From contig OZ024740.1 in NCBI GenBank assembly GCA_964016885.1, forward strand, positions 93,434,001 to 93,498,000: DNA of 64,000 nt. The letters run 5' to 3'. Positions 55,007-64,000 of the stretch are shown here, one piece after another. The notes beneath the pieces are model-generated. The model had not been told where the DNA came from. It did not search any database and worked only from the letters and a program-made list of their open reading frames with translations. The position numbers were made by a program, and so were the translations under genes. The DNA comes from Eledone cirrhosa. Taxonomy: Eukaryota. Numbering within the stretch: position 1 is the stretch's first letter; each line of letters opens with the position of its first letter.

Positions 55007-55612
55007 ATAAACGGAAAAAATGAAACGAAATTTCATTTCCCACACTTAGTACGGCTGTTACTTAAATATAAGTATGTACACGTACATACATATATGTATA
55101 CAGACGTACAGTAGTATATGTACATATATATACATGTGTGCACACATATATATATATATACATATATATATATATGTACATATATATATATATATGTACA
55201 TATGGATTCACCTAACATTTATTATAATGCTCGGTGTGTTTGTAAACAAACGTCCCGTATTAAGCCGTAGTGTCCAGCAACCATCGTTGCTCGTTTGTTC
55301 AACACTGACAAAGGAACGCTGTACTAGTTTCAAGCTTATTAGCTATCATCAGCAACGTATACCTTCCTGCCAGATGATTGAACGTCTGAAAGTATATACT
55401 TTCCTTATGAATATTAACGGCTGAGCAGCCTAATTTGCATATCGAGTGGGTTAATCGGCCGGGTGCACCGAAATCGATAAACGGAAAAAATGAAACGAAA
55501 TTTCATTTCCAATCTTAGTACGGCTGTTACTTAAATATAAGTATGTACACGTACATACATATATATATGTATACAGACGTTCAGTAGTATGTATATATAT
55601 AGATACATGCAA

Positions 55613-55662
<50 letters not shown>

Positions 55663-56295
55663 GTGTGGATTCACCGAATATTTATTATAATGCTCGGTGT
55701 ATTTGTAAACAAACATGATAATGCATGTTTGTTGAATCCATACGTACATATATACATCTGTGCATGTATGTATATATATATATATATATATATACATACT
55801 ACTGTACGTCCGTATACATATATGTATGTGCGTATACATACTTATATTGAAGTAACAGCCGTACTAAGAGTGGGCAATGAAATTTCGTTTCAAATTATCC
55901 GTTTATCGTTTTCGGTGTACCCGGCCGATTAACCCACTCGATATGCAAATTAGGCTGATCAGCCGTATATTTGCATAAGGAAAGTATATATTTCAGACGT
56001 TCAATCATCTGGCAGGAAGGTATACGCAGCTGACGATAGCTAATAAGCTTGAAACTAGTACAGCGTTCCTTTGTCAGCGTTGAACAAACGAGCAACGATG
56101 GCTGCTATACACTACAGCTTAATACGGGATGCTTGTTTACAAACACACCGAGCATTATTATAAATGTTCGATGAATCCATACGGACATATATATATATGT
56201 GTGTGCATGTATGTCTATATATATATATATATATATACATACATACTACTGTACGTCTGTATGTCTGTATACATATATGTATGTACGTATACATA

Positions 56296-56300
<5 letters not shown>
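55007..56300. repeat. ~470-bp unit in partial tandem (55007, 55477) followed by inverted copy (55730-56300)
   Basis: ataaacggaaaaaatgaaacgaaatttcatttcc repeats; right half is the reverse complement. Confidence 0.88.
55317..55357 (-). ncRNA. Minimal type I HHR; plus-strand twin at 56025-56065
   Basis: CGUUG CUGAUGA U AGCU-AAUA-AGCU U GAAA CUAG UA CAGCG; palindromic ACUAGU. Confidence 0.72.
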
Positions 56301-56336
<36 letters not shown>

Positions 56337-56338
<2 letters not shown>

Positions 56339-57136
56339 GAATAATCGAGTATCGAAAAATCGGCGCAAGAGTTCACGATAAACAAAATTCGATATGAGCG
56401 GCAGAGGGCTCCATAATTTAGATAAATCAGAGCTATAACTATCGTTAAAATACCGTCACACATAGAACAAGTCTATAATCAACCGTACGATCGAAAATTT
56501 GCGATCTGGAAGATTTGGGACACTCAGATAAAAAATCAATAAATCAATAAATTAAATGAATGTAAAAAGCATACCCGGACCCGCTAGTAAGATGTTAAAT
56601 CAAGCTTCTTGGGTTTCTGTAAATCCTTAAACTGTTCTCTATCAGCTCACATAAAAATATATAATACTTCTAGGTACCAGTGGACAGGAAAATTACTTCT
56701 TCAACGAGCTTTGTCCAAACGAATGAAATGGCATAACCCAAGCTAAATACGCACATGGAATTCGGCAAGGGAGATAACCTCTCCATCCGCGAAAAATATT
56801 CGGGAAAATGTGGAAATACACATATCGAATAAGAGTGCTCAATAGATATGTTAAAATAAACAGGAGCTATTCATCATTTAATAGAATCGACAAAAAATGA
56901 ACAATAAAATTAACTGGTCAATAGCTAGGTCTAGAGCTAAATATAGTAGAATAATCGAGTATCGAAAAATCGGCGCACGAGTTCACGATAAACAAAATTC
57001 GATATGAGCGGCAGAGGGCTCCATAATTTAGATAAATCAGAGCTATAACTATCGTTAAAATACCGTCACACATAGAACAAGTCTATAATCAACCGTACGA
57101 TCGAAAATTTGCGATCTGGAAGATTCGGGACACTCA
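56337..57136. repeat. 190-bp direct repeats 610 bp apart, flanked by (AT)n
   Basis: 56337-56526 is nearly identical to 56947-57136. Confidence 0.92.
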
Positions 57137-57251
57137 TATATATATATAAATATAAATATACATATATATATATATATATGTGTGTGTGTCCGATGGTAGC
57201 TAAGATGCTTCCATAGGACACGACTAATGATTTCGGATCATATTCTCTCAC

Positions 57252-57322
57252 AAGAAGAAGAAGAAGAAGAAGAAGAAGAAGAAGAAGAAGAAGAAGAAGA
57301 AGAAGAAGAAGAAGAAAAAGAA
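57252..57322. repeat. (GAA)n microsatellite
   Basis: About 21 GAA units. Confidence 0.95.
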
Positions 57323-57559
57323 GGGAGCGAAGATATTTGTTTTCTCTACCCCCGCCACCACGAAAAGTTCGTAAATAGGTGGCTGGTCGGGGGACAGAGT
57401 TGTATCAGATACCCGTTACTAATCACTTTACTGTGTCGGCCGTCACAATCAGTTATCGCCGGCATGGGCTGGTGTTTAGATTGTGTCTAACGATTGTTTA
57501 TTGATTAGGCGATACCAGCCGATGAAACCACATGCACCGATTATGCATTGCTGCTTAAT

Positions 57560-58300
57560 ATATGGACTAACATTTGCTTCCTGAAGCTCCCATATTTCAG
57601 TGATGAAATTACTACGGCCACCCGCAAGGCCATCAGACGAGAGAGACTAGATATCCAGCTAGCCTACTCAGGAACTTTACGCGGACAGCCAGTCAAGAGA
57701 CATTCCACCAGACAATACAGCCTTTGCACGCTGGACAACTGCCCCATCGACGACACGGTCATATGCGACCAGGCATACATCGTCTATAGATTAGAGTGCG
57801 ACAAATGTAGCAATTTCTATATGGGGAGCAACACAAAATAATTCAAATTAGAATAACAGAACACCTCAACACTAATGCTTCCCCATTTAAGAAACATCTG
57901 GAGAAATGTAAAAACATCAACAAATGCAAAATAGTTAGGAAAGAAACCTAGGCAAACTTAGAATTAAAGAAGCATTAATTATAAACAAAACGCAACCACC
58001 AATCAATAATAGATTAGAACTCAACAGCCAATTTACATCTTCACGTATCCTCTCACACACACACACGCACTTAGACATACATGTCCAAACCTCTTAAAGG
58101 GAGACACCTCTTTGTCCACTTCACCTTATAAGTAGAATATAATGTTATACTACGTCCGGTCAGCTGGACTTGGCAACCTATTTCAAACAACACTGGATTA
58201 ATCCCTTTACTGTCCTTAGAATAAGAGATATTATCTCGAAATATCAGGACATATAAATAAATTAGGGTAAAACACTAATTGTCAGCGCTAACTTTCACAT
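57560..58300 (+). mobile_element. PLE 3' fragment (GIY-YIG) with decayed HHR at 58211-58251
   Basis: LKLPYFSD..IVYRLECDKC..FYMGS..EHL..KKHLEKC..EALII..PPINNR; UGUCCU uagaauaa GAGAU-AUU-AUCUC GAAA UA UC AGGACA. Confidence 0.8.
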
Positions 58301-58361
58301 TCATATACTATCTCCAAACCTGCATTGTTCTGCGTTTCTAACTTCAAACTTGTATATATAC

Positions 58362-58392
<31 letters not shown>

Positions 58393-58461
58393 TCAAGTAA
58401 ATATGTTTTGAAACAGTGAGCGAGTTTGAACTTAGAAAATATATAGCTTTCACCGTATTTT

Positions 58462-58583
58462 TAACTAAAGGAATTTTAGCTTGATAACGGGGTTTAGAAC
58501 ACTCAGATAAATGGAAAAAGACGAGTTTTTCCATTTATCTGAGGGTTCTAAACACCGTTATCAAGCTAAAATTCCTTTAGTTA
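58462..58583. repeat. Near-perfect hairpin (~58-bp arms) ending at AT run
   Basis: taactaaaggaattttagcttgataacgg...ccgttatcaagctaaaattcctttagtta. Confidence 0.92.
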
Positions 58584-59071
58584 TATATATATAGGTATAT
58601 TGTATCTATTATTCCTTTTTATAATATTTTACATAACTCTGATATTGTGTCAATTTAATTATTCCGATTATTTTGTCTCTCATAATCATAGAGTAATACT
58701 GGTTAAGGTCGACAACATACAATCTCACATACTTGTGAAAAAATATGTTTATATATACATGTATATGTATGTATACACATATATTTGTATACCTCTCATT
58801 ATTGTCTCTAACTGCCTCACGGTAGAGTAACCACGGAAGTATAGTGACTGCTTTCAAGCAAACACTGTATACACTTCTAGTCAACCTTACCACCCTTCTG
58901 TAGCCTATGTATCATATCAATATCTCCCTCCGCCTCTGAGATATTATCACTGCTACAAGTGATTAATCCCCTTTCTTGACCGGTGTATCACGTGATAGAG
59001 TCTCCCTCCGCCTTTCTGAGATTTTCTCGCATGCTACGGACATATGTAGTTAGGGCTATTCCCTGAGGTGC

Positions 59072-59162
59072 TCCCTTGATAAGCTGGCTTACCTCACAAC
59101 AATGTTACATATCTATGATATAACATTATTGCATAGTGACCAGCGAAACTGTACAGTCGGGA
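59072..59162 (+). ncRNA. Type I HHR, U3-A8 core, extended stem II
   Basis: UCCC UUGAUAA GCUGG..(aatgtta/taacatt inner helix)..CCAGC GAAA CUGUACAG UC GGGA; lies between ~40-bp direct repeats at 58591 and 59173. Confidence 0.78.
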
Positions 59163-59205
59163 CAACAGAAAAATAGGTATATTGTATCTATTATTCCTTT
59201 TTATA

Positions 59206-59268
<63 letters not shown>

Positions 59269-59270
<2 letters not shown>

Positions 59271-60407
59271 TCTGTCGAGAGCTTTATTCGATTTGTGATA
59301 TTTTGCATTTTAGAAATATTATACACAACTGAATTCATTCGCCTAATATAGGTGTTGCCTCCCTTGCTGAACCCTACGTGGAGTCACTTACAGACACATT
59401 TATGTGGAAAATCGAACTGAATCCCGTTGACAACGCGTCCTCCTAGTTCGGTCATACTACCAGAAGCCTAACATCCATTATGTAAACGGACAGTAAATGA
59501 CTTATGGAGCCGCAGAAACCCAAATACTGGATTTTACCATCTCTCCAGGTTCGGGTAAACTTTCAACCATATATATTGTTATATATTTTTATATTTTTAT
59601 ATCTGTTTGACCCGAATTAGACGGGCGTTTTTACGCTGTGCGGATGATTAGTTTAACCACCATCTCAGTGTGTTTGGCCTTTAACTTAAGTTGTAGCTCT
59701 AATTCATATGACATATCTAGCGTATGCCACACAACTCGGAAGTGTTTTTCGTTAATTCCTGAGCTGAAATTCGATTCTCGCTAATTTTTACTTGTATTAA
59801 TCTCCAGAGTCCAGCTATTTGGCCAGTTAATTTTATCGATTTTTTTTTGTTTATACTGTTGACTGTTGAATAGCTTTGTTATATTTAACAACTCTGTCGA
59901 GAGCTTTATTCGATTTGTGATATTTTGCATATTCGCAATATTATACACAACTGAATTCATTCGCCTAATAAAGGTGTTGCCTCCCTTGATGAACCCCACG
60001 TGGGATCAGTTACAGACATATTTATGTGGACTATCGAACTGAATCCCGTTGACAACGCGTCCTCCTAGTTCGGTCATACTACCAGAAGCCTAACATCCTT
60101 TATGTAAGCGGACAGTAAATGACTTATGGAGCCGCAGAAACCCGAATACTGGATTTTACCATCTCTCCAGAGTTCCGGGTAAATTTTCAACCATATATAT
60201 TTTATATATTCTTATATTTTTATATCTGTTTGACCCGAATTAGACAGTCGTTTTTTCGCTGAGCGGATGATTAGTTTAACCACCATCTCAGTGTGTTTGG
60301 CCTTTAACGTAAGTTGTAGCTCTAATTCATATGAATTATCGAGCGCTTGTCACACAACTCGGAGGTGTTTTTCGTTAATTCCTGAGCTGAAATTCGATTC
60401 TCGCTAA
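59269..60407. repeat. Partial tandem repeat, 622-bp period, between (AT)n tracts
   Basis: actctgtcgagagctttattcg at 59269 and 59891; ~515 bp duplicated. Confidence 0.93.
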
Positions 60408-60454
60408 TGTTTAATTATATATATACATATATATATATATATTATATATATATA

Positions 60455-60583
<129 letters not shown>

Positions 60584-60990
60584 CGTTTGAAGTTAGAAGA
60601 CCAGAACAATGTAGGTTTGGAGATAGAATATAAATGTTAAAGATAGCGCTGACAATTTGTCTTTTACCTTAATTTATTCAATTTATTCATGTCCTGGTAT
60701 TTCGAATTAATATATCTTATTCTGAGGAAAGGAAAGGGGTTAATCCAGAGTTGTTCGAAGTAGGTAATCTGATGAGAACGCAAATATCGTCCCTGGATGA
60801 TATTTGTTTTTGAAATGCGCATAATAAAATACATGGAACTTTTTATTGTATGTATATATATATAATGTAGGAGGTGAGTTTCATTGTAGCGCAATAAAGC
60901 AATGCAAATATCAGATAAGTAGCACTCAACAGTTTATTGGACTAGAGTATATATAAGAAGAAACTAAAAGATGGTTAACAAAGTTCCATG

Positions 60991-61061
60991 TATTGTATTA
61001 TGCGCATTTCAAAATCAAATATCATTCTGGGACGATATTTGCGTTCTCATCAGATAAAATA
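60991..61061 (-). ncRNA. Type I HHR with long stem II; inverted twin at 60765-60831 (+)
   Basis: UAUUUUAU CUGAUGA GAAC GCAAAUAUCGUC..AUGAUAUUUG AUUUU GAAA UGCGCA UA AUACAAUA; palindromic AUGCGCAU. Confidence 0.65.
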
Positions 61062-61311
61062 GGGTGACATTATATGAAGCTTAAACAAACATCTGTGAGC
61101 AAGGTAGTGTATAATCAACATATGTTGATATATAGTAATAATAATAAATGTGAAGACTAAAATTCAAAGAGGGCTCAATAGGGTTAACTATATATATCAA
61201 ATATATAAGTACCGTAGTGCAAATATCGGGTCTAGCTATTGAAACGGCCGAATTCAGGCGTCGGTGTCCTGACTCTTTTCATACATACACACACTCACAC
61301 ACACACACACA

Positions 61312-61482
<171 letters not shown>

Positions 61483-61555
61483 ATATAGTGGTGGAACACT
61501 GGAAGGTGTTATCTGAGGATGTAGAGCACTCATCCATGGGTCGAGTTAGGCAGAA

Positions 61556-62369
<814 letters not shown>

Positions 62370-62781
62370 CTCCATATATTCATAAATAATAGAACTGTAA
62401 CAACTTGTGTTTTAGAGACAACAATATAAACAATAAGATTTTTTTGTTGTATACTTAGGCTGTGTTTACATTCTGTGTAATTATCAAAATATATACAATG
62501 TTTGTGTCGTAGCATACATTTTAATTTCATAATTAGATTAGTTTAAAATATGTTTTCATTATAATCTATAGAGCAGAAATGTGTTCAACTGCCCACTCAT
62601 TTTTTTGGTTTTCATTATCATTTTCTTCACTAATGTGTATATGAAAATCATAAACACATCCCTTGCAATCTTTTATAATTTCTCTAACTATCTAAAGAAC
62701 ATTATGTATGAAAGTTAACAGTGTATGTAAGTTATTTAAAAACGTAGTCAAATAATTCCTTGTCATACAGCTGTTGCCACA

Positions 62782-62874
62782 GCTGCTACTGCTGCTGCTA
62801 CTAAAACTACTTTTACTACTACTACTACTACTACTACTACTAATACTACTACTAATACTACTACTACTACTACT
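62782..62874. repeat. (CTG/CTA)n trinucleotide microsatellite
   Basis: Direct reading. Confidence 0.9.
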
Positions 62875-62938
62875 CAGATGAGGTCTACGACGCCGGCGTC
62901 AATAGTGACTGTAATGGTGATATATATATATATATATA

Positions 62939-64000
62939 TTTTTTTTTTCAAAATATAATTCATTAATAGAGAAAAGCAATGAAGAATGACATGATGCTGA
63001 ATAAAAACAAAACGAATATATACAAACACACACACACCGAACACAACTAAATATGGAATGATACGTGATGGGGCTCCGCCACAGCCTCGGCGGTCAGTTT
63101 GGAGAAGGCATTTCCCCGGAGGACAGCAAGGGAGACGCGCTGGAAAAGCCACTCCAACTCGCGGGGCCCACACATGCGTCTGGCCAGCTCAACACCTTTG
63201 GTAGTGAGTAGGAAGGTATCCCTAGGGGCAACGACACCAGAAGTCTCTACTGCCAGGCGTACAACAGCAAACATGTCGGAGAGCGACCGGTATTTGAGGA
63301 GTGTAGCCTCCTCAGCCCGACTTGCAGTAGAACCCGGGTTAATCGCAGACTGCACCAGGTTGCAGCTGCAAAAAGTGTCGGTGCAGGTGGCATCCCATAC
63401 GAGAGATTTACCACCGTGAAACGGGAAGATGGTCTTGCAATCTGGCCTTTTTCCGTCCACTCGGTCCATCACCACCGGCTCAAGCTGGGAAGGGAAGACT
63501 GCAGCGCCCAAGTCATGCTTTATGACCTCATTGAGGGCAGCATGGCGTGGAAGGCGGCTGGCACTGTGGCGACAGGAAAGCGGGTGGAGGCCAAAAGGGT
63601 CCACTGTTGATCCGCAGCGACATTGGTGTGGCTCGCAGATCCGAAGGCCGAGGCTTGAGTAAAACGCCAATGCACAGCCTATTATTGTCTAGCCTCGTGC
63701 CAGTGGAGAAGGAGGGGAGGGCATGGAGCCAGGCACCACTGTGGGGTTTGGAGGCCGCACGAAAACAGGCAACGGTGCTGGTGGAGTTGGCGAGTGAGCC
63801 TGCCTGTCTGCGGCCAGGCTGCACTGGATGGCATCCCACGTGCTTTGGAGGGACTTGACGTCAACAGGGGGAGAAGGAGGATGGATGTCTACTGGGCTGA
63901 GTCCCAGCCGGTCACACGTCTGACATGTGGCATCACGTTCTCTGAACACAGAGGGTTCTATTGTTTTGGAGAACCTTGCTGATGAGGACGCTGCACGAGG
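62939..64000 (-). mobile_element. 3' part of a CRE-clade non-LTR retrotransposon (zinc knuckle plus restriction-like endonuclease), runs off window
   Basis: SGAWLHALP, LGLRICEPHQCRCG..DPFGLHPLSC..RHAALN..LEP..DGKRPD..LVWDATCTDT..KY..AVETSG..LFQRVSLAVLRGNA; short poly(A) at 62939-62948. Confidence 0.88.

Noticed and set aside
57227-57490. Poly-Glu ORF
   Set aside because: Translation of a (GAA)n microsatellite
62866-62905. actactCAGATGAggtctacgACGCCGGCGTCaatagt, HHR-like
   Set aside because: U4 is mutated and GAA is missing; at most a dead remnant

Overview
AT-rich eukaryotic, repeat-dominated window with dozens of (AT)n tracts and no recognisable host protein-coding gene; the long IYIY/HTHT/CVCV ORFs are microsatellite artefacts. 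The tRNA-like SINE resembles octopod SINEs as I recall them, so an octopod or other cephalopod source is likely but inferred. It contains two decayed L1/Tx1-type LINE copies, the 3' part of a CRE-type LINE, five SINE copies, many Penelope-like element (PLE) fragments (RT and GIY-YIG) in tandem or inverted arrangements, and numerous fold-back hairpins bounded by (AT)n. The main result is a dense set of about 10 unrelated type I hammerhead ribozyme (HHR) families, nearly all with a palindromic stem III. The most striking is a 14-copy array of ~320-bp units (27836-32417). Each unit carries a minus-strand HHR with a non-canonical compensatory U3-A8 core (UUGAUAA instead of CUGAUGA) inside a long extended stem I, which makes it a candidate retrozyme/circular-RNA satellite. 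Two other unrelated families carry the same U3-A8 core. All structures were read by eye; no folding or database search was run.
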